62,056 nucleotides of DNA, taken from Deltaproteobacteria bacterium. Its GTDB lineage: Bacteria; Myxococcota_A; UBA9160; UBA6930. Below, in pieces: positions 34,660 to 43,774 of the stretch. The stretch is taken from positions 1 through 62,056 of the forward strand of contig JANNDT010000208.1 in the NCBI GenBank assembly GCA_031387905.1, written 5' to 3'. Position 1 is the stretch's first letter; every line of letters starts with the position of its first letter. The notes under the pieces are model-generated. The model ran no database searches and was not told where the DNA came from. It saw only the letters and a program-made list of their open reading frames with translations. The translations under genes and the position numbers were made by a program.

Positions 34660-35768
34660 AACAACTCCAGCTGTGCGTCGAGCGCGCCCGCCGCCTTGAC
34701 GGCCTGCAGGATCGCGATCAGGTCGCGCGGCGAGACGCCCATCGCGTTCAACCCGCGCACCAACTCGTCGATCGTTACGGCCGCCGGCACTACCTGTAGG
34801 CTCGCCAGCTCTTCCGCGACGTCGATTTCGTCGTTGCGCACTGGCAGGGTCTCGCCCTCCCCGAACGGCGCAGGCTGCGAGACGTCGTTGACCGCCGAGA
34901 TCGTGACGGAGAGCGAGCCGTGCGCGATCGCAACGGTCGCGAGGCGGACGTGGCCGCCCATCACGATCGTGCCGGTGCGCTCGTTCATCACGACACGCGC
35001 GACGGAATCCCGCTCCACCTCGACGGCTTCGACTGCTGCCAGGAAGGCGACGACCGCGCCGGCCTGCTCCGGCGGAACGCGCACGTCGACGGTGCCGGGA
35101 TCGGGCGGCGAGGCGAGCTCGCTGCCGAGCGCGAGATTGATCGCTTGCGCAACGCGCAGCGCCGTCGTGAAATCTGCTTCGTGCAGCGTGAGCTGAAAGC
35201 TCGTTGCGCCGGAGATCGCGAAGGGCAGTTCGCGTTCGACGGTCCCGCCGCCGACGAGACGGCCGACGGTCGTGTGATTCTTCTGCGCGGAAGAGCCGCC
35301 GCCCGAGCTGACGTTGAAGCCACCGACCGAGACCGGGCCCTGCGCGAGCGCATACATCTGGCCGTCCGCTCCGCGCAGCGCCGTCAGCACTAGCGTGCCG
35401 CCTTCTAGGCTGGTCGCGTCGCCGAGGGAAGACACCGTGCAGTCGAGCGTCGAGCCCGCGCGTGCGAAGGGCGAGAGCTCGCCGGTCACCATCACGGCGG
35501 CGACGTTCTTCACCTGGATCTCATTGGCGTCGACGCCGATGCCCATGCCGCCGAGCACGCTCGCCAGCGATTGGACGGTGAACTCGGTGCCCTGCTTGTC
35601 GCCGGAGCCCGCGAGCCCGACGACCAGCCCGTAGCCGATCAGCTGATTCGCTCGCACGCCTTTCACGCTCGCGATGTCCTTCACGCGCACCGCATGGGCG
35701 GGCGTAGCGAGCGCGACGAATGCCACGGCGACGAGCCCGGCGAAGCGGTTGTGCGTCCTGATGCGCAT
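34656..35768 (-). CDS. flgI: P-ring protein FlgI
   Basis: 370 aa with a signal peptide, RVKDIASVKGVRANQLIGYGLVVGLAGSGD, and C-terminal ELVRGLNAMGVSPRDLIAILQAVKAAGAL. Confidence 0.9.
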   Translation of the reverse strand: MRIRTHNRFAGLVAVAFVALATPAHAVRVKDIASVKGVRANQLIGYGLVVGLAGSGDKQGTEFTVQSLASVLGGMGIGVDANEIQVKNVAAVMVTGELSPFARAGSTLDCTVSSLGDATSLEGGTLVLTALRGADGQMYALAQGPVSVGGFNVSSGGGSSAQKNHTTVGRLVGGGTVERELPFAISGATSFQLTLHEADFTTALRVAQAINLALGSELASPPDPGTVDVRVPPEQAGAVVAFLAAVEAVEVERDSVARVVMNERTGTIVMGGHVRLATVAIAHGSLSVTISAVNDVSQPAPFGEGETLPVRNDEIDVAEELASLQVVPAAVTIDELVRGLNAMGVSPRDLIAILQAVKAAGALDAQLELL

Positions 35769-36517
35769 CAGAAGGGCATCAGCCAGTCGAAGATGCGGCC
35801 AATCAGCGGCGGCCGCTGCTTGTCGTCGATCACGCCGATGCCGTCGAAGGTGAGCTTGACGTCGGCCAGCTGCATCGAGGACACGCTGTTGTCGATGCCG
35901 ATGTCCTGGCGCCGGACGAGCCCCTCGACCGTAATCATTTGCAGCTCGTGGTTCACCAGAATCTGGCGCTTGCCTTGGATGCGGAACAAGTCGGCGCTCA
36001 CCAATTCGACGACGCGGCAGGTCAACACGCCCGTCATCGAACTGCGGCGTTGCGTCTTGCCGTCGCCGGTGAACTGCGTGCCCTGATTAGTGGTGAGGGC
36101 GTTCAGCGTTCCGCCCGCCGGGATGTTCGTGCCCGTCTGCCCGAAGCCAAGCAGATCGAACAACGCCCGCGAGACGTCCTGGAGCGCGTCTGTGAAGCCG
36201 AGATCCGTGGTCGCGGTCGCGGAGATCGAGCTCTGCTTGTCGAGTTCCGTCGAGGCTGAGCCGGTCGCGGCGAGACTCTCCTCGACGATCACCGTCACGA
36301 GATCGCCGAGACCGCGCGCCTTGCGATCGAAATAGAGAAATGAGCCCGCCCCCGTATCGCCGGGCCAGATCGCGCCAGGGCTCGCGGGCGCCAGCGCCAC
36401 GCGCGGAGGCTCTACGAACTGCGTCGGCCGCACCGCCTCGCGCAGCGCGTACTCGACGCAGCCGCTCTGCGACAGCGTCAACACGCAGAGCGCGAGCGCT
36501 CTCTCAAAGTTCGACAT
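35768..36517 (-). CDS. flgH: L-ring lipoprotein FlgH
   Basis: Start trimmed to ATG 36517. The lipobox is LTLSQSGC. Motifs GDLVTVIVEE and ILVNHELQMITVEGLVRRQDI. Confidence 0.85.
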   Translation of the reverse strand: MSNFERALALCVLTLSQSGCVEYALREAVRPTQFVEPPRVALAPASPGAIWPGDTGAGSFLYFDRKARGLGDLVTVIVEESLAATGSASTELDKQSSISATATTDLGFTDALQDVSRALFDLLGFGQTGTNIPAGGTLNALTTNQGTQFTGDGKTQRRSSMTGVLTCRVVELVSADLFRIQGKRQILVNHELQMITVEGLVRRQDIGIDNSVSSMQLADVKLTFDGIGVIDDKQRPPLIGRIFDWLMPF

Positions 36518-37214
36518 CGGCCTCGCCCTCCCCTGCGACTCGCGCCAACACGACCTGTTTCGACGACACGTTCTGGACGCGAATCCACTCGCCTCGCTCG
36601 CCGTCTTCCTCGGCGCGCCCGACCGCCTCGATGGCAAGCCGGCCGCGGCGCAGCCGCAGCGCGACGCGCTGTCCGCGCCGCACGGCCGGGGCGCTGGCGA
36701 GCGCATTCGCGCGCAGCGGTTCGCCCTGCGCGAGATGTCGCGTCAGCGTGCGCCCGACTGCGTGGGCCGGGTCACTGAGCGCTTCGGGATGCGCTGCGGT
36801 CGCTTCGCGATCGGCGAGTTCGAGATCGGCCGCTGCGAGCACTTCCCCGCTGCGCAGCGCGCGGCTCGCCACCAGGGTCGGACGAATCACGCTGACGCGG
36901 GCAGTGATTACGGTCCTGCGCACGAGCGCGTCGCCCCGCCAGAGCGAGATGCTGATTGGGTTCGAGCCTGCGCGCGCGCCGTTCGCGCCGAGCGCGAGTT
37001 CCGCGCGAACGCCGGGCAGCGCGGCTTCGCGCGAAAGAGCAGCCAGGGGGGGAAGGTCGATCCGAGCGATGCGCTCCGAGCTGTGCTCCGCAAGCAGCTC
37101 GGCGATCGCAGAACCGAGGTCGGTCCGCGCGAGCTCGGAAGCCGGCTGGCCGTTTGCGGCGCCGGTGAGCAGGACCAGGCACAAGACGATTGCGGAAGTT
37201 CTCAGGATCGACAC
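36504..37214 (-). CDS. flgA: P-ring assembly chaperone FlgA
   Basis: 236 aa with a signal peptide and an SAF/ChapFlgA-like C-terminus RGQRVALRLRRGRLAIEAVGRAEEDGERGEWIRVQN. Confidence 0.8.
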   Translation of the reverse strand: MSILRTSAIVLCLVLLTGAANGQPASELARTDLGSAIAELLAEHSSERIARIDLPPLAALSREAALPGVRAELALGANGARAGSNPISISLWRGDALVRRTVITARVSVIRPTLVASRALRSGEVLAAADLELADREATAAHPEALSDPAHAVGRTLTRHLAQGEPLRANALASAPAVRRGQRVALRLRRGRLAIEAVGRAEEDGERGEWIRVQNVSSKQVVLARVAGEGEADVEL

Positions 37215-37237
37215 GACACCCCCCGGAAAGAACCCGA

Positions 37238-38017
37238 CTACAGATTCGCCGCCTTTTGGAGCATTTCGTCGCTGGCTTGAATCACCCGGCTGTTCACTTC
37301 GAAGGAACGCTGCGCGAGGATCATGCGGACCAACTCCTCGGCCATGTTCACGTTCGACGATTCGAGGTAGCCCTGAGAGATCGCGCCGAAGCCGGCTTGG
37401 GCAGGGGCACCGACCTCTGGATCGCCGGATGCCTCGGTCGGCGCGAACTGGTTCTCTCCGAGCGCGCGCAGACCCGACGGATTCGCGAAGCGCGCGATCT
37501 CGATGCGGCCGAGTACGGTTGGCGCCGTCGATCCAGCCGCGACGCCGGAGACGGTGCCATCGGACAGCACCGTCACCTCGCGGATGTCGATCGGGATCTG
37601 GACGTTCGGGGTTATCAGGGCGCCCGAGCGCGTCGTGAGATTTCCGTCGCGGTCGCGCTGCAGCGCTCCGTCTCGCGAGTAGACGGTCTCGCCCGTAGGC
37701 AGCTGCACTTGGAAGAAGCCGTCGCCGTCGATCGCGAGGTCGAGATCCCGTCCTGTCTGCACGCGCTCGCCCTGCGTGAACACGCGAGTCACCGAGCCCA
37801 GCTTCACGCCGTGGCCGATCTGCGCGCCCGCTGGCAACGCCGCACCCGAGGCATCCGCAGCGCCTGGCGCACGCAACGTCTCGTAGAAAAGATCTTCGAA
37901 ATCCGGCCGGGATTTCTTGTAACCGGTGGTGTTCACGTTCGCGAGATTGTTCGCGATCGTGTCGATGCGCGTTTGTTGGGCATCCATCCCGGTCGCGGCA
38001 GTGAAGAGCGCTCTCAT
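37238..38017 (-). CDS. flgG: Distal rod protein FlgG
   Basis: Start trimmed to ATG 38017 (259 aa), which overlaps the flgF stop (ATGA). Motifs MRALFTAATGMDAQQTRIDTIANNLANVNTTGYK and YLESSNVNMAEELVRMILAQRSFE. Confidence 0.9.
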   Translation of the reverse strand: MRALFTAATGMDAQQTRIDTIANNLANVNTTGYKKSRPDFEDLFYETLRAPGAADASGAALPAGAQIGHGVKLGSVTRVFTQGERVQTGRDLDLAIDGDGFFQVQLPTGETVYSRDGALQRDRDGNLTTRSGALITPNVQIPIDIREVTVLSDGTVSGVAAGSTAPTVLGRIEIARFANPSGLRALGENQFAPTEASGDPEVGAPAQAGFGAISQGYLESSNVNMAEELVRMILAQRSFEVNSRVIQASDEMLQKAANL

Positions 38018-38748
38018 GGATTCATCTCCTCGATCAAGCGACGGCTCGCTTGATCGTCGGCTTGAAGTGATTGCATCGAAGCGTCGAACGCGCGCTGCAG
38101 AATCAGCAGCTTCGCGAGTTCCTCGACGGGCTTGACGTTCGACTGCTCGAGCGAGCCGGCCACCACGCGCGGGTTCTCGACCGGCAGCCCGACCAGTTCG
38201 ATCGGCGCACGAAACAGCGAGGCGCCCTCTTTGATCAGCAACTCGGGCTCGAGAAACTCCTCGACCGACAGCTGACCGAGCGTGTTCCCGTTGCTGTCCA
38301 CGACGCGGCCGCCCTGCTCGATGCGCGCGCCGCGCGAGCCGACCGCGATCGGCCCGCCCGTCCCTAATACCGCGTGTCCGCCCGGCCCGGCTAGGAAGCC
38401 GTCCGCGTTCACCGAGAACGCACCGGCGCGCGTGTAGCGCGGCCCGTCGGGAGTCTGGACTTGAAAGAACCCTGGCCCCTGGAGCGCGACATCGAGCGTG
38501 CCCCCCGTCTTCGAGATCGGCCCCTGCTCGTGGCGTGCCTGCACCCCGGCCGTGGCGACGAACTCGAGCGCACCGGGGTGCGGCCGGCCGCGTTCGTCGT
38601 CGAGCGCCATGCTGAGCGCCGCGGAAAACAGCGGCTCGTCCGCCTTGAAGCCGGTGGTGTCCGCGTTGGCGAGATTGTTGGCGACGACATCGAGCTGGCT
38701 CATGCGCGCCCGTGCGCCGACCCCAGACAGATACAGCGCTGCACTCAT
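38014..38748 (-). CDS. flgF: Proximal/distal rod protein FlgF
   Basis: 244 aa with LDVVANNLANADTTGFK and LEQSNVKPVEELAKLLILQRAFD. Confidence 0.85.
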   Translation of the reverse strand: MSAALYLSGVGARARMSQLDVVANNLANADTTGFKADEPLFSAALSMALDDERGRPHPGALEFVATAGVQARHEQGPISKTGGTLDVALQGPGFFQVQTPDGPRYTRAGAFSVNADGFLAGPGGHAVLGTGGPIAVGSRGARIEQGGRVVDSNGNTLGQLSVEEFLEPELLIKEGASLFRAPIELVGLPVENPRVVAGSLEQSNVKPVEELAKLLILQRAFDASMQSLQADDQASRRLIEEMNP

Positions 38749-38777
38749 GCTCGACTCCGATCCCTAATGGCTTGCAT

Positions 38778-38793
38778 AGCAATCGACGTGCCA
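38778..38793 (-). promoter_or_regulatory. sigma54 -24/-12 promoter of the flgF operon
   Basis: Minus strand reads TGGCACgtcgaTTGCT, an exact consensus match. It lies 29 nt upstream of the flgF ATG. Confidence 0.85.
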
Positions 38794-38863
38794 GAGGCAG
38801 CGCGCGCCGAGAGCGCAGCTGCGTGCTCGAGAGGGGAAGATTCTGCCGAGTCGTTCAAATCGA

Positions 38864-38882
38864 ATGCTTCAACTCGAAACGC
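38864..38882 (-). promoter_or_regulatory. Shared upstream motif for the flgF promoter
   Basis: ATGCTTCAACTCGAAACGC lies 70 nt upstream of the promoter, the same spacing as at flgB. The 17-nt string at 38868..38884 is identical to 19107..19123. Confidence 0.55.
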
Positions 38883-38941
38883 TGAACGCTCGCCGTGAAC
38901 TCGGCGTCCTCCTGGCTGAAACGGCGCTGCGCACTGCGTCC

Positions 38942-39796
38942 TCATCCGAACAGCCCGCGCGCCGCCTGCGCCTCGCCGCCCACCATCTCGAGCACGGGCT
39001 CCACGTCGGCCGGAGTCAGGCCGAGCGCGCCCCAAGCCGGCAGGGCGGTCAGATCGATCGCATCGACGATCCCGCGCCGGCCGAGGCCGAGACGCGTACA
39101 GACTCGCGTCACGACGCTGGTCAGCGAGATCAAACGCGACTGCTCGGGAGGCAGCGCCGGGTAGTCGTCTGGTGCGTGATGGTGGTAACGGATCGCCAAC
39201 ACCAGCGGCTCGGGCAGGTTCCACTTCTTCGCCACCTGCGCGCCGAGCAGCGCGTGGTCGAACCCGAACTCCTCGCGCTCGGCATCGACCGCGGCGATGC
39301 CCTCGTTGTACGTGCGCGAGACGACTTTCTGGTAGCGCTCCCGGAACACGTTCATGAATGCGATCTTGCCGAGGTCGTGCAGCAGGCCGGCAGTGAAGGC
39401 GGACTCGCGCTCGACGCCGACATCGCGGTACTTCGAGAGCTTCGCAGCGATCACGCCCGCGAACGTCGAGTGCTCCCATAACATCTTCTCGGCGAGCCCG
39501 AACTGCTTGAACGTGTCGCGCAGAGAGGCGGCCATCACCAAGCTCTCGACGGTTTTGAAGCCGAGCAGCGTGACGGCGTGCCGGAGCGTCTCCACTTCGC
39601 GGCGGAAGCCGTAGAGCGAGGAGTTCGCGACCTTGAGCACCCGCGCTGCGAGGCTCGGATCCTGCTCGAGGATCTGCCGCAGCGCGTCCGCGGACGCGTT
39701 GGGGTCGGCAGTGGTGGTCATCACCTTGCTCGCGATCGACGGAATCGTCGGCAATTCACCGACGATGCTGACGGCGCGTTTGAGCTCGGAGTCCAT
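38942..39796 (-). CDS. HDOD domain protein (second paralog)
   Basis: 284 aa with LPTIPSIASKVM, DPSLAARVLKVANSSLYG and GLLHDLGKIAF. It starts 3 nt after the flhG stop. Confidence 0.85.
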   Translation of the reverse strand: MDSELKRAVSIVGELPTIPSIASKVMTTTADPNASADALRQILEQDPSLAARVLKVANSSLYGFRREVETLRHAVTLLGFKTVESLVMAASLRDTFKQFGLAEKMLWEHSTFAGVIAAKLSKYRDVGVERESAFTAGLLHDLGKIAFMNVFRERYQKVVSRTYNEGIAAVDAEREEFGFDHALLGAQVAKKWNLPEPLVLAIRYHHHAPDDYPALPPEQSRLISLTSVVTRVCTRLGLGRRGIVDAIDLTALPAWGALGLTPADVEPVLEMVGGEAQAARGLFG

Positions 39797-39799
39797 TTC

Positions 39800-40591
39800 C
39801 TAATTCTCCTTGCGCGGAGCGCCCGCGCGGGGCGCGGCTTGGCCGGGGCCGCTGACGCGCACAGCCAGCCGCGCGAACTCGCGGGACGAAGGCGCGTTCG
39901 GAAACACCTCGATGACCGCGCACTGGCGCGCGACGGCTTGGGGCAGGCGCGGGTCGTAGGGAATGAAACCGGCCAGCGTTGGCGCGCGGGCCAGGAAGCG
40001 CAGCGCCAGCTTTTCGAGGCGCGCGTGGCTGCGCAGCGCTTCGCCGAGGCTGCGAGCTCCGTTCACGACGACTTCCACCGGCGTGTCGGGCAGTTCGCCC
40101 GCGAGCACCTTCAACGTCGCGTAGGCATCTGCGAACGCGGTCGGCTCGGGCGTCGTGACGAGCAGGAGGCGATCGCAGCAAGCGGCGAGGCCTAACACGG
40201 CCGTCCCGAGGCCCGCGCCGAGATCGAGCAGCACGAGCTCGTAGCGCTCAGCCGCTTTGAACAGCGGCAGCAGCAGCGCCGCCAGTTCGCGCGGGCGCAG
40301 CGTCGCGAGATCGGCGCGCGCAGACGCGGCGGGCAACACGTGAATCCCCTGCGGGCCGATCGCGACGGCGTCTGCCAGCGCGCAATCGCCGCGCAACACG
40401 TCCCCGACGTTCCGCTTCGGTGTCATGCCGAGCAGCACGTCGACGTTCGCGAGCCCGAGATCGCCGTCGACGACGAGCACGCGCTTGCCCTCGCCGCGGC
40501 ACGCGATGGCGACGTTCACCACCAAGTTGGTCTTGCCGACGCCGCCCTTGCCCGACAGCACCCCAACGATCTGAGAACGTGACTCCGTCAT
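39800..40591 (-). CDS. flhG: MinD/ParA-type flagellar number regulator FlhG
   Basis: Deviant Walker A SGKGGVGKTN and LVVDGDLGLANVDVLLG. It has a 4-nt overlap with flhF. Confidence 0.85.
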   Translation of the reverse strand: MTESRSQIVGVLSGKGGVGKTNLVVNVAIACRGEGKRVLVVDGDLGLANVDVLLGMTPKRNVGDVLRGDCALADAVAIGPQGIHVLPAASARADLATLRPRELAALLLPLFKAAERYELVLLDLGAGLGTAVLGLAACCDRLLLVTTPEPTAFADAYATLKVLAGELPDTPVEVVVNGARSLGEALRSHARLEKLALRFLARAPTLAGFIPYDPRLPQAVARQCAVIEVFPNAPSSREFARLAVRVSGPGQAAPRAGAPRKEN

Positions 40592-41727
40592 GCGACTCCT
40601 TCGAGCACCGCGCGCGCGAGCGCATGCGGGTCGGGTACGTGAAGGTCATCCGGCACGCGCGGCCCGCACGCGATCACCGCGAGCGGCGGGGCGTCCGCAT
40701 CGAGCAGCACGTTCACGAGATCGGCAGCGCCCGTGCTCTCGTCCCAGTTGGTGATCGCGAGCGAGTCCGGCGCGAGCCCGGCGTGGCGCGCGATTTGCGC
40801 GCGCAGATCGCGCTCCTTGGTCGTGGCCGAGACGACGAGCTGAACGTGGGGCGCGCCGAGCGCGTCGCGCAGACGGCCCAATTCCGCGAGCGAGTCGCCA
40901 GCTCGGCGACCCGAGCTCGGCGAATCCACCAGCAGCCACTCGTCCTTGCTCTTGCGCGCTAGCAGCTCGAGTTTGTCGAGCTTCCCGATCGCGCTGAAGT
41001 TCACACCGAGGTCGCTGGCGAGTCTCCTCAAACGCTCCGACTCGCCCGTGCGCTCGATGTCTGTTGTTACGATTCGTACGCGTTTTGCCGGTACGCGCGC
41101 CGCGAGCTTCGCGAGCGTGGTGGTCTTGCCGACGCCCGGCGCGCCGATCAGCAGCCGCACGCGGGGGCCGTCTTCGCGCATCGGCAGGATGCGCGCCTCG
41201 ACGCGCAACGCGAGGCTGAGCAGTTCCGCCGTCGTGCGATCCGCACCTCCCCGCTCGATCCGATCTGCGTCGCGCGCGAGGCTCGGACAATGCAGCGCCG
41301 AGAGGCCCGCGGCGCGGTAGCGGGCGACGGCATGCGCAGGCGCTTTGACGCTGGCGCCGAGGCCACGCGCCAGTTTGCGCAGCTCCGCGACCTCGGCTGC
41401 GAGCGACACGGGCGGCTTTGCTTCGGCCAACCGCTCGACGATCGCGCGCAACTCGCGCAGCTCGAGCTCGAGCGGCTCCACCAACGCGCGCGAAACCTGG
41501 AGATCGCGCCAGGAGCGGTCGACGTGACTGCGCCCGCTCTTTTCGCTCGCGACGTCGCGGTCGATACCGGCCGTCACCTCGACCGAGGTGCGCGCGAACA
41601 ACCCGAAGCGCGAGCGCGCGCTCTGCAGGCTCTTGGTGCCGAGCACGATGGCATCCGGCCCGAGCTCGAGGCGCACCTGCGCGAGCGCATCGGCCAGCGT
41701 GTCACCCGTGAAGCGCTTAATGAGCAT
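40588..41727 (-). CDS. flhF: SRP-type GTPase FlhF
   Basis: 379 aa with G1 GAPGVGKTTTLAKLA, and TTDIERTGESERL and VDSPSSG in the G2-G4 region. Confidence 0.85.
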   Translation of the reverse strand: MLIKRFTGDTLADALAQVRLELGPDAIVLGTKSLQSARSRFGLFARTSVEVTAGIDRDVASEKSGRSHVDRSWRDLQVSRALVEPLELELRELRAIVERLAEAKPPVSLAAEVAELRKLARGLGASVKAPAHAVARYRAAGLSALHCPSLARDADRIERGGADRTTAELLSLALRVEARILPMREDGPRVRLLIGAPGVGKTTTLAKLAARVPAKRVRIVTTDIERTGESERLRRLASDLGVNFSAIGKLDKLELLARKSKDEWLLVDSPSSGRRAGDSLAELGRLRDALGAPHVQLVVSATTKERDLRAQIARHAGLAPDSLAITNWDESTGAADLVNVLLDADAPPLAVIACGPRVPDDLHVPDPHALARAVLEGVA

Positions 41728-43774
41728 CTGCCAACCTCACTTCCCCGGCCAGCACCACCGAAATTTCGGAGGGCAACTCGTTATGAGACAACACCGCGAT
41801 CTGCGGCAGTACCCGCGCGAGCAGCTGGCGCAATGGAGCGCGAATCGCCTGACCCGAGAGCAGCACCGGGACGCCTCCGTCGCGCGCGCCCGCTGCGCTC
41901 GCGATCGCGCTCTGCACTGCGCGCACGAGCCGATCGAGCAGGCCCGCCTCGATCGCGAGGAACGAGCCGCCTTGGGTGTGCTGCACCGTCGCTTGAAGCG
42001 TCTGCTCCAGCGCGGGGTCGAGCGCGATCACGTGCAGCTGGCCATCGCGACGCAGGTGCGGCCGCGCGAGCGTGCGGGCGAGACGCTCGCGCACGAGGTT
42101 GTTCAACAAGTCCGGCTGCTGAATCTTCGGCGCGTACTCGGCGAGCGTCTCGAGGATCGCGCCGAGATCGCGGATCGGAACGCCTTCCGCGAGCAGCGTG
42201 CGCAACGTGCGGTGCAGCACTGCGAGCGGAACCACCGCCGGCACGATCTCTTCGACGACTTTGGGCGCGCGCTCGGCGAACGCGTCGAGCAGCTCGCGCA
42301 CGTGCTTGCGCGTGAGCAGCTCGGCCGCGTGAGTGCGGATGACCTCAGCGATGTGCGTCGCGATCGCCGTCGCCGGCTCGACGACGGTGTAACCGCGCGC
42401 CTCCGCTAGTCCGCGGTCGACGTCCTGGATCCAGAACGCGGGCAGCCCGAAGGCGGCGTCGCGGGTCGCGATTCCGGGCAACTTCTCTTGGCCAGCCGCC
42501 GTGCCTACTGCGAGTGAGCGACCAGGCGGAACGCGCGATGTTGCGACGCGATTCCCGCGCACGAGCAGTGCGTACTCGCTGGCCTCGAGCTCGAGGTTGT
42601 CGCGGATGTGGATCAGCGGGACCAGGAAGCCGAGCTCATTCGCGAGTTGACGACGCGTCGCCTTGATGCGCGCCGGCAGATCGCCGCGCTTGGCATCGAC
42701 CAGCGAGATCAAGCCGAAGCCGAGTTCGAGTTCCAGTTCGTCGAGTGCGATGGCGCTGCGCGCGTCGAGTTCCGCCGGTTCCTCTGGCGCGGCCGGGGCG
42801 GGAGGCGGCGCGGGAGCGGGCCGTGTGTGGCTCCACCAGGCGAGCGTGCCAGCTCCGGCTCCGAGCAACGCGAACGGCAGGAACGGGAAGCCCGGCGCGA
42901 ACGCAAGGCCCGCGAGCAGGGCCGCTGTGCCCGCAAGCGCGCGGGGCTGGAAGACGACCTGCGTGCTGAGTTCGCGGCCCAGCGGCTCGCCGCCGCCAGC
43001 GCGCGTCACGACGATGCCGGCCGCGGTCGAAACGATCAGGGCGGGCACCTGGCCCGCGAGGCCGTCGCCAATCGTTAGGGAGGTGAAGGTTTCGAGCGCC
43101 TCGCCGATCGGCATGCCGCCCTGGATCACGCCGATCAACAGGCCGCCCAGAATGTTGACTGCGACGATCACGAGCCCGGCAATCGCGTCGCCGCGCACGA
43201 ACTTCGAGGCGCCATCCATCGCGCCGTGGAAGTCGGCCTCGCGCTGGAGTTCGCGGCGGCGTCGCCGCGCCTCGGCCTCGTCGAGCAGGCCCTGATTCAG
43301 GTCGGCGTCGATCGCCATCTGCTTGCCGGGCAGCGAATCGAGCATGAAGCGCGCCGCCACCTCAGCGATTCGTCCCGAGCCCTTCGCGATCACGATGAAG
43401 TTGATCGTCACGAAGATCACGAACAGGATGATGCCGACCACGAAGTTGCCGCCGATCGCGACATTCGCGAACGCCTGGATCACGTGGCCGGCGGCGTCGG
43501 GCCCGTTCACCCCGCTGCCGAGGATGAGCCGCGTGCTGGCGACGTTCAGGCCCAGCCGCATCAGCGTCACCACTAACAACAGCGATGGAAACACGGAGAA
43601 GTCGAGCGGCCGCTCCGCGTATAGCGCGAGCAAGAGGATCAGCACCGAGATCGTGAACGAGAGCGCCAGCATGAGATCCAGCAGAATCGGCGGCAGCGGC
43701 ACGACCAACAGGCCGAGGATCCAGAACAGCGCGGCGCCGAGCGCGATTTCGTCCCTGCGCAAGATCGCCGGCAT
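41717..43774 (-). CDS. flhA: Flagellar export gate protein FlhA
   Basis: 685 aa with FPSLLLVVTLMRLGLNVASTRLIL, RFMLDSLPGKQMAIDADL and the full cytoplasmic domain. Confidence 0.95.
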   Translation of the reverse strand: MPAILRRDEIALGAALFWILGLLVVPLPPILLDLMLALSFTISVLILLLALYAERPLDFSVFPSLLLVVTLMRLGLNVASTRLILGSGVNGPDAAGHVIQAFANVAIGGNFVVGIILFVIFVTINFIVIAKGSGRIAEVAARFMLDSLPGKQMAIDADLNQGLLDEAEARRRRRELQREADFHGAMDGASKFVRGDAIAGLVIVAVNILGGLLIGVIQGGMPIGEALETFTSLTIGDGLAGQVPALIVSTAAGIVVTRAGGGEPLGRELSTQVVFQPRALAGTAALLAGLAFAPGFPFLPFALLGAGAGTLAWWSHTRPAPAPPPAPAAPEEPAELDARSAIALDELELELGFGLISLVDAKRGDLPARIKATRRQLANELGFLVPLIHIRDNLELEASEYALLVRGNRVATSRVPPGRSLAVGTAAGQEKLPGIATRDAAFGLPAFWIQDVDRGLAEARGYTVVEPATAIATHIAEVIRTHAAELLTRKHVRELLDAFAERAPKVVEEIVPAVVPLAVLHRTLRTLLAEGVPIRDLGAILETLAEYAPKIQQPDLLNNLVRERLARTLARPHLRRDGQLHVIALDPALEQTLQATVQHTQGGSFLAIEAGLLDRLVRAVQSAIASAAGARDGGVPVLLSGQAIRAPLRQLLARVLPQIAVLSHNELPSEISVVLAGEVRLADAH

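Noticed and set aside
37238-38782. Long N-terminal extensions in the ORF track (flgG 514 aa; likewise flgB 455 aa, fliE 244 aa, flgH 312 aa, TPR 870 aa, EBPs, fliW, fliK)
   Set aside because: The extensions overlap the upstream genes in another frame and are Arg-rich. Conserved family N-termini, RBSs and ATGA/GTGA junctions support the internal starts used in the feature table.
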